This document shows positions 38,193 through 46,889 of a DNA stretch of 64,000 nucleotides, piece by piece. The translations under genes were made by a program, and so were the position numbers. Origin of the DNA: an uncultured delta proteobacterium (GTDB lineage Bacteria > Desulfobacterota > Binatia > Binatales > Binataceae); the NCBI GenBank assembly GCA_963724765.1, contig CAVRVY010000001.1, positions 704,001-768,000 on the forward strand, read 5' to 3'. Position 1 is the stretch's first letter; each line of letters starts with the position of its first letter. The notes below the pieces were generated by a model. That model saw nothing but the letters and a program-made list of their open reading frames with translations. It made no database searches and was not told the DNA's origin.

Positions 38193-38281
38193 TCCGTTGA
38201 AGACATTGGTCCCGTTGAAGACATTTGCTCCCGTTGAGAAGATTTGCCACTTGGTGGACATTTGCCGCGTTACGGACATTA
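38193..38281. repeat. About five degenerate 18-19-bp tandem repeats in a divergent intergenic region
   Basis: CCGTTGAAGACATTGGT, CCCGTTGAAGACATTTGCT, CCCGTTGAGAAGATTTGCC, ACTTGGTGGACATTTGCC, GCGTTACGGACATT. Confidence 0.75.
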
Positions 38282-38294
38282 ACCCGGGGGTCGC

Positions 38295-38528
38295 ATGCAG
38301 GAATCCGCTGACGAAGGATCATTTCAAAGCGTGCTGCTGGCGATAGTGCCTGCCCGAATCGCGCGCTTCAAGGCGATCGTCGAGTCGTACGACAACCTGG
38401 CGACCCTACGCACCGAGGACCCGCGCCATCATTATTTACGCTTGTTCTTCGACGCCGCGTCGGCCGCCGAGGTCAACGCGCTGCTCGACTCGCTGAGCGC
38501 GGATTTTTCGATTCGCCGTATCGGCTAG
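38295..38528 (+). CDS. DUF4911-like small protein
   Basis: IARFKAIVESYDNLATLRTED motif. Confidence 0.75.
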   Translation: MQESADEGSFQSVLLAIVPARIARFKAIVESYDNLATLRTEDPRHHYLRLFFDAASAAEVNALLDSLSADFSIRRIG

Positions 38529-38554
38529 CGCTTCGGCGTTCGTCAGGGTCGAAG

Positions 38555-39415
38555 GTGGATTTGATTGGAGTCAACAGTCCGATCAACGAAGCGAGCATAA
38601 GACTCGGGGCTTTTTTTGCGGTGCTCACCGCGATGGCGGTTTGGGAAGCCGCGGCGCCACGCCGGCCAAGGTCATATTCGAGGTTCAGGCGCTGGCCGAG
38701 CAATCTCGCGGTCGTGGCGCTGAACACGGCACTCATCCGGATTCTGCTTCCGACCACGGCTATAGCTCTGGCCATGCTCGGGGCGAAGCGAGGCTGGGGA
38801 TTGTTCAACAACCTGCCGCTTCCGTCATGGATGGCAATTGCTGCGTCGATCGTCCTGCTCGATGCCGCCATCTATCTCCAGCACGTGATATTTCACGCGG
38901 TGCCCGCGTTGTGGCGCGTGCATCGAATGCATCACGCCGACCTCGACATCGATGTGACCACGGGCACGCGCTTCCATCCGATCGAGATCGTGCTTTCAAT
39001 GCTGATCAAGTTCGGCGTGGTGGTGGCGCTGGGAGCGCCGGCGCTCGGCGTGCTCATTTTCGAGGTTCTGCTGAACGTCACCTCGATGTTCAATCACGGG
39101 AATGTTCGCATCCCGATCCGCCTCGATCGTTATCTTCGATGGCTGATAGTCACTCCGGACATGCACCGGGTGCATCACTCCGTCGCAGTGCGGGAAACCA
39201 ACAGCAACTTTGGCTTCAACCTGTCCTGGTGGGATCGCCTGCTCGGGACCTATCGCGATCAGCCCGCCGCCGGCCACGACGGGATGATCATCGGTATCGC
39301 GCAATTCCGCGCAGCGCGCGAGTTGTGGCTCGACCGGATGCTGCTGCAGCCGTTGCGCGGCCCTGCGGGCGCGTACGCGTTTGGAGATCGAGGCAGTTGT
39401 ACAAAGCCGCGTTAG
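38555..39415 (+). CDS. Sterol desaturase / fatty acid hydroxylase family membrane protein
   Basis: His boxes YLQHVIFH, HRMHHAD, FNHGN and HRVHH. Confidence 0.92.
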   Translation: MDLIGVNSPINEASIRLGAFFAVLTAMAVWEAAAPRRPRSYSRFRRWPSNLAVVALNTALIRILLPTTAIALAMLGAKRGWGLFNNLPLPSWMAIAASIVLLDAAIYLQHVIFHAVPALWRVHRMHHADLDIDVTTGTRFHPIEIVLSMLIKFGVVVALGAPALGVLIFEVLLNVTSMFNHGNVRIPIRLDRYLRWLIVTPDMHRVHHSVAVRETNSNFGFNLSWWDRLLGTYRDQPAAGHDGMIIGIAQFRAARELWLDRMLLQPLRGPAGAYAFGDRGSCTKPR

Positions 39416-41814
39416 CTCTCGTGCAGCTCGACCGCGTAGTCGCGGCCTTCCCACTGCCCGCGCGACTCCCAATGGAAGGTGAAGCGCACGGGCGCGCGGT
39501 CCGCGGTGGTGACATCGATATCGACGAAGTCGATTCCCACCGCGGTATGGGTCGAGCGGCTGTCGTGGACGTGATGCCATTCGTCCTTGCTCCAGTGGAG
39601 CAGGAAGGGTTCGGGGGACTGGATGCGCAGTTTGCAAGGGAGCGTGACGGACTGGATCCGCCGGGAGCGTTTCCAAATCTCGATTGGGCCGCGCGGCTTG
39701 CCGTCGCGATAGCGCCCCGCAACCTCGGGGATGAGATCGAAGACGACACCGTCGGCGGCCGAGCGCAAAAGTTTCAGGTATTCCGCATGCGCCCACATCA
39801 GGGGCATCGCAGCGCCGGTCGGTTTGCCAAACAACATCAGTGCCGCCGGCAGATCCGGCCCATCCCAGATTTGCTCGGGCAACAGCCGTGTCGAGGTGGA
39901 GAAGTTTTCGATCGAGCGCAGGAACGGGATGACGTCGCGTCCCGCGGCGAGTTCGTAATGGCCGCGCTCGCCGCTCAAAAGCGGCCACGGCCGCCCGATT
40001 CCCCAACCCTCGAATGGTCCGCCGTCGTCGCGCTGGCCGTAGCCGTCGTGAGTGTATCGCTTCCAGCAGGGGCCGGCCGGGAAATTGGTCTTTAGCACCG
40101 CGTCGACCACGCGCAGCGAATCTTCGACTAATGGATCGCCGGGGCGTCGGATGCCGTAACGCACAAGTTCCAGGAAACCTGCGTCGACGATCTCGGCGGC
40201 CGGGAACAGGTAGGGCATGCCGGGAGGGCGGTTGCGGATCGGGACCATCCCCTGGTCGGGTTCGTCATGGGGCGCCGCCAGCGCGGGGTCGGCGGGATTG
40301 ATGCGGACGTAATGGCGCTTGATGCCGGGGACCAGAAAGCCCTGTTTGGTGACGGTCCAGCGCTCGATGTGAGATTCGAGGAAGTCGGCGTAGTCCAGCA
40401 GGAACTGCGCGGTTGCCGCGTCGCCCCGGTCGTGGGCCAACTGCGCTGCGCATACCAGGGCGGCGATATTACTCGCCAGCGTCGAGGGCGAGTAGCCGCT
40501 GTTTTCCTCCCATCGCTCCTGCGGCGTGGCCGGCCCTTCATGAATCAGGTAGCGGGCGGCCGCGAGCACCATCGGATACGGATCGAACGCGCCCATCGTG
40601 GCGCCGGCGTGCACCAGCCGGTACGCCAGCATGATCGGAAAGGCGACCTCGTCGAGTTGGATGCCCTGCCAGTAGGGCGTGCCGTCGATCCAGAAATTTT
40701 GCGGGAAGCCGCCGTCGGGGCGCTGCGAACAGGCGAGGTAGATGAGCGCGCGCAACGGCGTGGCCAGGTCGCCACCCGCCAGCAGACCGGTCGCGCTGTT
40801 GACCATGTCGCGCGTCCACACCAGATGATAGCCGCCGAGGTCCTCGTCGCCTTTGGCCTCGCCCCACGGAATGCTCAACGAGGCGATGAGCGCGCCGGGA
40901 AAGCGTTTGTCCTCGTGCGCCAGCAGCAGTTCGCGGGTTCTGCGGCAGAGCTGGCCGCTGTCGCCGGTCCATCGTTCCAGCGGGTACATGTGCGTGCAGG
41001 CGCGGCTCCATTGCTCGATGAAGCGCGCCGAGTGCTGCGCGAAGGGCACCCCGAGCGACTGATAAAGGCAGGTCACCGCGCGATGGAGCCCATTGCCGAA
41101 GGCCAGGCCGAGCGTGAAGTGGCGGTCCTCGGGCAGTTCGATCTCGGCGGTCAGCGCGACATTGCCCTCAGGCGCCGAGTCGAACTCCCAATCCAGCTTG
41201 AAATTCCGACTGAGATCCTGCCATCCGTCGGTCCTGCCAACATAGCCGCAGGAGCGCCGCACGAACGGCACGTTGGCTCCCAGCGCCAGCCAGCTGTTGT
41301 TCTTATGCGCGGTCAGAAACTCATAACCAGCCATCCGCGCGACGTTGGCGTTGTTGCCCCATCCGCCGACGTCCAGATGCGGCGAGAGCAGCACGAACAG
41401 CCGCAGGCGGCGTAGCAGGTCGGGGTCGCCCTCCAGGCGGGTGTCGATCAGCACACACGGTTGATGCGGGTCGGTGATGACCTCCATCACCACGCGATAG
41501 CGTCCGGCGCGGTCGGCGTTGGTGATGCGCACGCCCAGGCCGCGATCGCCGAGATACTCGGTGGAAGTGTCCTGGTTGCGATGGACGTCGTGGAAAAAGG
41601 TTTCGCCGTCGGTCACCAGGTACTGCAGGTCGCGAATCTGGGGCCGATCGATCGTTGGATAATAGATTTCGTTGAGCACGCCGCCCGAGGCGGTGAACCA
41701 GATCGGGCTCGCGGTCGAGTAGGCGGTGCCGACGACATCCTTGGCGCTATGGGTCCAGCGTGGTTCGATACCGGGTGCGCCCGAGGCGCGCTGGGAGTCT
41801 TCGATGATGGCCAT
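39412..41814 (-). CDS. Glucan 1,4-alpha-glucosidase / glucodextranase (GH15)
   Basis: Motifs APGIEPRWT, GGYHLVWTRD, QERWEE, RYTHDGYG, WPLLSGERG and AMPLMWAHAEY. Confidence 0.93.
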   Translation of the reverse strand: MAIIEDSQRASGAPGIEPRWTHSAKDVVGTAYSTASPIWFTASGGVLNEIYYPTIDRPQIRDLQYLVTDGETFFHDVHRNQDTSTEYLGDRGLGVRITNADRAGRYRVVMEVITDPHQPCVLIDTRLEGDPDLLRRLRLFVLLSPHLDVGGWGNNANVARMAGYEFLTAHKNNSWLALGANVPFVRRSCGYVGRTDGWQDLSRNFKLDWEFDSAPEGNVALTAEIELPEDRHFTLGLAFGNGLHRAVTCLYQSLGVPFAQHSARFIEQWSRACTHMYPLERWTGDSGQLCRRTRELLLAHEDKRFPGALIASLSIPWGEAKGDEDLGGYHLVWTRDMVNSATGLLAGGDLATPLRALIYLACSQRPDGGFPQNFWIDGTPYWQGIQLDEVAFPIMLAYRLVHAGATMGAFDPYPMVLAAARYLIHEGPATPQERWEENSGYSPSTLASNIAALVCAAQLAHDRGDAATAQFLLDYADFLESHIERWTVTKQGFLVPGIKRHYVRINPADPALAAPHDEPDQGMVPIRNRPPGMPYLFPAAEIVDAGFLELVRYGIRRPGDPLVEDSLRVVDAVLKTNFPAGPCWKRYTHDGYGQRDDGGPFEGWGIGRPWPLLSGERGHYELAAGRDVIPFLRSIENFSTSTRLLPEQIWDGPDLPAALMLFGKPTGAAMPLMWAHAEYLKLLRSAADGVVFDLIPEVAGRYRDGKPRGPIEIWKRSRRIQSVTLPCKLRIQSPEPFLLHWSKDEWHHVHDSRSTHTAVGIDFVDIDVTTADRAPVRFTFHWESRGQWEGRDYAVELHES

Positions 41815-41853
41815 CAGGTCGCTTTCCTTTCCATGGATACGCCGTCGGGATGC

Positions 41854-42654
41854 TCAGAGAGTGGCGGGAGGCTCGGCTGCCGGTTCGGTAAGCTCCGTTT
41901 GCGCCCGGAACATGTAGGAGACGCCCACGCTCAGCACGTAAAGCAGTAGCAGCGGAATCGCGAGCAGGAAAATCGAAACCATGTCAGGCGGAGTCAGCGC
42001 CGCCGAAACCACAAAGATGCCCAGGACCGCGTAGCGGAAATAACGCAGCATCATGCGGTAATCGATGAGTCCAAGCCGGGTCAGGAAAACCGCGAAAATC
42101 GGCATCTCGAAGGTCAGTCCGAAGGCCAGCAGCAGTTTGGCCGAGAAGGCCAGGTATTCGCTGATGCGAATCGTCGGCGTAACCCCAATGGAGCTGTACT
42201 CGGAGATGAAAAAGGCGTAGCCGACCTTGAACACCACCGCCCAGCAGAAGTAACCGCCCAGCGCGAAGAACAGGCTCGAACTGAGGACGAATGGCAACGC
42301 CATCCGCCGTTCCGACTCGTACAGACCGGGCGCGATGAATTTCCACACCTCGTAGAATATCGCCGGGCTGGAGATGAACACGCCGGCCACCAGCGCGACC
42401 TTGATCTTGGTGAAGAAGGCTTCGCCGACGCCGGTGCCGATCAGCAGCAGTTTGCCGCCTCCGACCTGGCGCAGCGGCAGGGTCAGCCAGGCGAACAGAT
42501 GGTCGGCGAAAACGTACGACAGCGCGCATCCGATCGCCACCGCGATCACCGCCCGCACCAGCCGCCCGCGCAGCTCGCGCAGGTGCTCGAGCAGCGGCAT
42601 GCGGACCTCCTCCGTCGCGGCGGGAGGATTAACGGGGGGCTCCTGGCTGGCCAC
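41854..42654 (-). CDS. tatC: Twin-arginine translocase subunit TatC
   Basis: Motifs MPLLEHLRELR, FIAPGLY..ER, FGLTFEMP and LTPPD. Confidence 0.96.
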   Translation of the reverse strand: MASQEPPVNPPAATEEVRMPLLEHLRELRGRLVRAVIAVAIGCALSYVFADHLFAWLTLPLRQVGGGKLLLIGTGVGEAFFTKIKVALVAGVFISSPAIFYEVWKFIAPGLYESERRMALPFVLSSSLFFALGGYFCWAVVFKVGYAFFISEYSSIGVTPTIRISEYLAFSAKLLLAFGLTFEMPIFAVFLTRLGLIDYRMMLRYFRYAVLGIFVVSAALTPPDMVSIFLLAIPLLLLYVLSVGVSYMFRAQTELTEPAAEPPATL

Positions 42655-42669
42655 GGGGAGCGGTGCGGG

Positions 42670-43146
42670 CTATGGTTTGTCGGCCGGCGGCACCGAGCCC
42701 TCGGGGAGGCTTGGCTGCTTTGGGTTGCGAGAGCGGCCCGGCCGGCGTGGCGGCTGATCTTCCGCCAAAGTCTGATGATCCGTCAGGGTCAACTCGCCCG
42801 TAGCCCTGGGATCGGAGGCCAATGCTTGCGGCGCAGGCGCGGCCTCGGCAGGCGGCGCGCTTTCGGCTGGCGGCGGCGATTGGGGTTCCGGCGCAAGAAA
42901 AGCCGGCGGCGCTGGCGCGGGCGCTGCGGGCTCCGCAGTTGGATGCGGATCGTCGAAGCGGGGCGGCAGGAGATTGAAGGGCAAATCATCGCCGATCGCG
43001 CCCGAGATCTCGCGCATCACGGTGTTGCTGGCCAGGCGCAACTCGCGCATCACCTTGCCGACGGCGCGCATGACCTGGGGCAAATCGTCGGGTGGAATGA
43101 CGATCAGCGCGATTACCAGGAACAGGAGTATCTCGAAAATGCCCAA
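42670..43146 (-). CDS. tatB: Twin-arginine translocase subunit TatB
   Basis: GIFEILLFLVIALIVIPPDDLP plus amphipathic helix and Pro-rich tail; upstream of tatC. Confidence 0.82.
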   Translation of the reverse strand: MGIFEILLFLVIALIVIPPDDLPQVMRAVGKVMRELRLASNTVMREISGAIGDDLPFNLLPPRFDDPHPTAEPAAPAPAPPAFLAPEPQSPPPAESAPPAEAAPAPQALASDPRATGELTLTDHQTLAEDQPPRRPGRSRNPKQPSLPEGSVPPADKP

Positions 43147-43219
43147 GTATCTTCCATCCGCCCCGGCCCATAGCGCTCGGCCGCGCGGTCTGAATTAATG
43201 ATCGTTATCGAAGTTCGGA

Positions 43220-44260
43220 GTGTCAACGATGCTCAGGACCGCACTGATTAGCGACCGCCGTTTTTTGAAGCATTTCGCCGGCCGAAGCCATCCCGAACGC
43301 CCCGAGCGCGCCGCGGTGATGATCGAGATGGCCGAACGGCTTCAGCGCGACGCGATACTCGCGCTCAGCCCGCGCGAGGCGAGCACCGCGGAGCTCGAAC
43401 TATGTCACGAGCCGGCCTACGTGCAAGAAGTCCAACGCAGCGCCTCGATGCCGCGTTACGATTTCGATCACGATACCCATGCCTCGCCCGACTCCTATCA
43501 GACCGCATTGCTGGCGGTGGGCGGCGTGCTGACGGCAGTCGAGGCAGTGATGGACGGGGCGGCCGACAACGCCTTTGCGATCGTCCGTCCGCCGGGCCAT
43601 CACGCGCTCGCGTCGCGCGCGATGGGGTTCTGCCTGTTCAACAACGTGGCGATCGCGGCGCGCTATCTTACGCGGCGCCGCGGGCTCCAACGCGTGCTGG
43701 TGGTCGATTGGGACGTCCATCACGGCAACGGCATCCAGGACATCTTTTACGACTCGCCCGAAGTGCTTTACTTCTCGACCCATCAGTTCCCGTTTTACCC
43801 GGGCACCGGCGCGCTCGACGAAGTCGGCTACGGCGCCGGAGCCGGATACACCGTCAACGCGCCGATGCCGGCGACGTTCGGCGACAACGAGTACCTGCGC
43901 GTTTTTGACGACGTACTGGCGCCGGTGGTCCGGCAATATCGCCCGGACTTCATCCTCGTATCTTCGGGCTTCGACGCGCACTTTCGCGACCCGCTCGGCG
44001 GGATGCGGGTGACCGAGGCCGGATTCGCCGCGCTCGCGCGGCGGGTCAAGCGGATGGCGGCCGAGTGCTGCGGGGGCCGGATGGTGGCGGCGCTGGAGGG
44101 CGGCTACGATCTCCAGGCGCTCGTGGATTCCGGGCACAGCGTGATCGATGAATTGGGCCGCGAGGCCGACGAGCCGCTCGCGCTCGCCGACAACGGCGCT
44201 AGAGTGATCCCTATAATAGAGCGCGCGCACTATTTCCTGTCGCGCTATTGGAAGTTCTAG
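43220..44260 (+). CDS. Histone deacetylase family (Zn-dependent) protein
   Basis: Motifs HPERPER, RPPGHHA, GFCLFNNVA, DWDVHHGNG, SGFDAH and LEGGY. Confidence 0.95.
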   Translation: MSTMLRTALISDRRFLKHFAGRSHPERPERAAVMIEMAERLQRDAILALSPREASTAELELCHEPAYVQEVQRSASMPRYDFDHDTHASPDSYQTALLAVGGVLTAVEAVMDGAADNAFAIVRPPGHHALASRAMGFCLFNNVAIAARYLTRRRGLQRVLVVDWDVHHGNGIQDIFYDSPEVLYFSTHQFPFYPGTGALDEVGYGAGAGYTVNAPMPATFGDNEYLRVFDDVLAPVVRQYRPDFILVSSGFDAHFRDPLGGMRVTEAGFAALARRVKRMAAECCGGRMVAALEGGYDLQALVDSGHSVIDELGREADEPLALADNGARVIPIIERAHYFLSRYWKF

Positions 44261-44306
44261 AGGAACGCGCTGAGACCACGTGGCTTCTGGTCTAATTGAG
44301 GCAACA

Positions 44307-44636
44307 ATGAAGGTCCGAGATCTAACATACGAAGGGCTGAGTGCGTGGCCGCCGCAACCAGCAGGAGGCGCTTTCGACCCGCACAATCCTGCCCCTATGC
44401 CGCTCGATCTGGAAGACGGGATTTTGAAGGATGTTGCAATTGCTCCCCCTGATGTAAGGTCTCCGACGCTCGTGGAAATTAAGGTCGAGCGTCACGACGG
44501 GAAATTGGAGACGAGAGACCTGTGGGTCGATGGGAGCGACGCCGCTATGATTCTAAGGCTCTATAGCGTTCTCAAGGGCTGCAAGGGCCGATCCTTGCGC
44601 GAAGTCGGCGATCTCGATCTGAATGGAGTGATTTGA
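44307..44636 (+). CDS. Hypothetical protein (atypical codon usage)
   Basis: GAGG RBS before ATG 44307; no family recognised. Confidence 0.55.
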   Translation: MKVRDLTYEGLSAWPPQPAGGAFDPHNPAPMPLDLEDGILKDVAIAPPDVRSPTLVEIKVERHDGKLETRDLWVDGSDAAMILRLYSVLKGCKGRSLREVGDLDLNGVI

Positions 44637-44694
44637 ACGCAACGAATTAACCCCCGCCGTTTGACTCATAATCAGCCGAAGGTGCCAACAGACT

Positions 44695-44898
44695 ATGAAG
44701 CTAGAAGTCGTCATTCACGAAGCAGAGGAGGGCGGCTATTGGGCCGAGGTCCCCGCAATTCCAGGATGTGCTACCCAAGGAGATACCTTGGAGGATCTTC
44801 TCAAGAACCTCCGCGAGGCAGTTGACGCTTGCCTTTCGGTTGATGTGGAAATATCCGAAGAGACCGATAAGGACCGGGTGATCGAGATCGTAGTATGA
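44695..44898 (+). CDS. hicB: HicB-family antitoxin (short, no DNA-binding domain)
   Basis: EEGGYWAEVPAIPGCATQGDT.E....N.REA. Confidence 0.92.
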   Translation: MKLEVVIHEAEEGGYWAEVPAIPGCATQGDTLEDLLKNLREAVDACLSVDVEISEETDKDRVIEIVV

Positions 44899-45104
44899 AA
44901 CAACTTTCCGGCAAGGCGTTCGCTAAAATCATCGAACGCCACGGCTGGAAGTTGATGCGTGTCCATGGGAGTCATCACGTGTACGGAAAGCCTGGAAGCG
45001 TCGTCCGGCTTACTATTCCCATTCATGGCAACAAACCCCTCAAGCGGGGGCTGTCGGCGCATCTTCTGAAGATGGCAGGGCTGAGCGAGGCCGATCTGAG
45101 ATGA
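44895..45104 (+). CDS. hicA: HicA-family mRNA interferase toxin
   Basis: GW...RVHGSHH...IPIHGNKPLK.G; ATGA overlap with hicB. Confidence 0.92.
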   Translation: MKQLSGKAFAKIIERHGWKLMRVHGSHHVYGKPGSVVRLTIPIHGNKPLKRGLSAHLLKMAGLSEADLR

Positions 45105-45122
45105 TCGGTTTCGCGTTCGCTC

Positions 45123-46718
45123 GTGACTTTGTGGGGGTCCGCGAAATCGGGAAAACTCGCCAGCGTGTCCGAGCCTAATTCTCCCAGCCAATCCGATACG
45201 CTGCGCCTGGTCGCGCTGGGAGCGGCCACGCCGCAGATTCACGAGCTGCGCGCCTCCCGCGTCACGATCGGCACCGGCGCCGGCAACGACCTGCTCCTGG
45301 ACGAGCCGACCGCCTCGCGCCGCCATGCCGCGCTCGAGCGGCGCGTGGACCGATGGTACGTGGTCGATCTCGGCTCGACCAACGGTACTTACCTCAACGG
45401 TCGGCGTATCACCGCGCCGTCGCCGCTCGAGCGCGGCGACGAGCTTCGCTTCGCCAACGCGCGCTTCGGTTTCGTCGCGCCCGGCGACGACCTGTCCCAG
45501 GTCGGCGTCGCGCGCGCGAAGGCGCCCGCACGAAGGCGCCGGCGCGCCCCGCGCCTGGCGAGCGTCGTAGTGGCCGCTGCCGTGTTCGCGGTCGGCGGCT
45601 TTGCGCTGACCGCGTACCTGCTGAAGTTCGAGCGCGTTGACCGGGCGGGCGGGATGGCGGCGCGAAGCGCCGCCATCCCGTCCGCCGCGCCGCCCGCCGC
45701 CGGCATTGCCGGCGGCGCTGCCGGCAATTCCACGCCGGCAAATTCTGGCGCGGAGGCGGGCGCGGAGCGTCCGCCTCCGGCCGCCAGCGCCCCCGCGGCA
45801 GAGGCGGGCGCGCCTGGCGCGCCCGCCTCTGCCGCGGGGGCCCAGTGGCTCGCGCGGCTCAACTACTACCGCTCGATGGTGCGATTGCCGCCGGTGCTCG
45901 AAGACCCCGAACTTAGCGAGGGCGACGCCTTGCACGCCCGCTACCTGGTGAAGAGCTACGCCGAGGCCATCAAGAACAACACCATCGGGGCCGAAGCCCA
46001 CGAGGAAGACAGCGCGAGTCCCTGGTACACCGAAAAGGGTATGCACGCGGCAAAGTCCAGCGACATCTCATACTGGCAGGCGCCTGGAGCGCCGATCAGC
46101 CGGCCGGTCGAAGACCACGCTTCGTCGTCGGGCGAGATGCCCTGGGGGTCTCCCGGTTGGAGTATTGACGGATGGATCGGTATTCCATTTCATCGGCTTA
46201 GCCTTATCAGCCGCTATCTGCGACGGAGCGGCTTTGGGCGATACTGCGAAGGGTCAGCGTGTGCGGCAGGATTGGACACTTTGAGTGACCTCAAACAGTT
46301 TCCGGTGCATCCGGTCCCGTTCGCTCAGCCGCTGGAGTTTCCTCCCTCGGGAGCAACCATCGGAATGCGTTCGCTAGACGCGGAATGGCCTGACCCGCTA
46401 ACCGCATGTCCGGGTTATGCGCGTCCGGCGGGCTTTCCCGTCACGCTCGAGGTCGGAGCCAACGTCGAGGCTCGGCTCGGCACCTACCGGATCACCCGCG
46501 ACGGCCCATCCCCGGTAAATCTGGAGGCCTGCGGCTTCGACGCTTCGAGCTACAGCAACCCCGACGCAACCGCGCAGCAGCGCGCGCGCGACATATTGCA
46601 CGGCTTCGGTGCGGTGGTGATCATCCCGCGCGTCCCGCTGGACAAGGGCGCCGGCTACACGATTTCAATGACGGTCAACGGGTGGGAATACAAATGGTCC
46701 TTTTCGACCGCCCCGTAG
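45123..46718 (+). CDS. FHA domain-TM-CAP-like domain fusion protein
   Basis: FHA: IG...NDL....SRRHA, DLGSTNGTYLNG. One TM helix and an Ala/Pro linker. CAP-like: LARLNYYR, HARYL, W...PFHRL.L. Confidence 0.82.
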   Translation: MTLWGSAKSGKLASVSEPNSPSQSDTLRLVALGAATPQIHELRASRVTIGTGAGNDLLLDEPTASRRHAALERRVDRWYVVDLGSTNGTYLNGRRITAPSPLERGDELRFANARFGFVAPGDDLSQVGVARAKAPARRRRRAPRLASVVVAAAVFAVGGFALTAYLLKFERVDRAGGMAARSAAIPSAAPPAAGIAGGAAGNSTPANSGAEAGAERPPPAASAPAAEAGAPGAPASAAGAQWLARLNYYRSMVRLPPVLEDPELSEGDALHARYLVKSYAEAIKNNTIGAEAHEEDSASPWYTEKGMHAAKSSDISYWQAPGAPISRPVEDHASSSGEMPWGSPGWSIDGWIGIPFHRLSLISRYLRRSGFGRYCEGSACAAGLDTLSDLKQFPVHPVPFAQPLEFPPSGATIGMRSLDAEWPDPLTACPGYARPAGFPVTLEVGANVEARLGTYRITRDGPSPVNLEACGFDASSYSNPDATAQQRARDILHGFGAVVIIPRVPLDKGAGYTISMTVNGWEYKWSFSTAP

Positions 46719-46889
46719 CCGGTCGTGGGCCGGCGGCGAGGTGCAGCGCCGCTTGCGAGGTTGCGTCGCGCAGGCATAGCAACTAATAGTCAGAAGAGCA
46801 GGCCGCCCGCGATATGCCGGCGTCGGTAGGCGCGAAATCGGCAATCTCGATCGGCAATCGGGGGCCGTAAGGAGGCTGACGAGAGCACG

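Noticed and set aside
38193-38281. Possible mini-CRISPR array
   Set aside because: Units are contiguous, about 19 bp, degenerate and have no unique spacers; there are no cas genes in the window.
12786-46718. A coordinated plant-PR-like (PR-1 plus PR-5) gene cluster
   Set aside because: The CAP and thaumatin-like genes are more than 8 kb apart and separated by housekeeping genes; CAP domains are common in bacteria.
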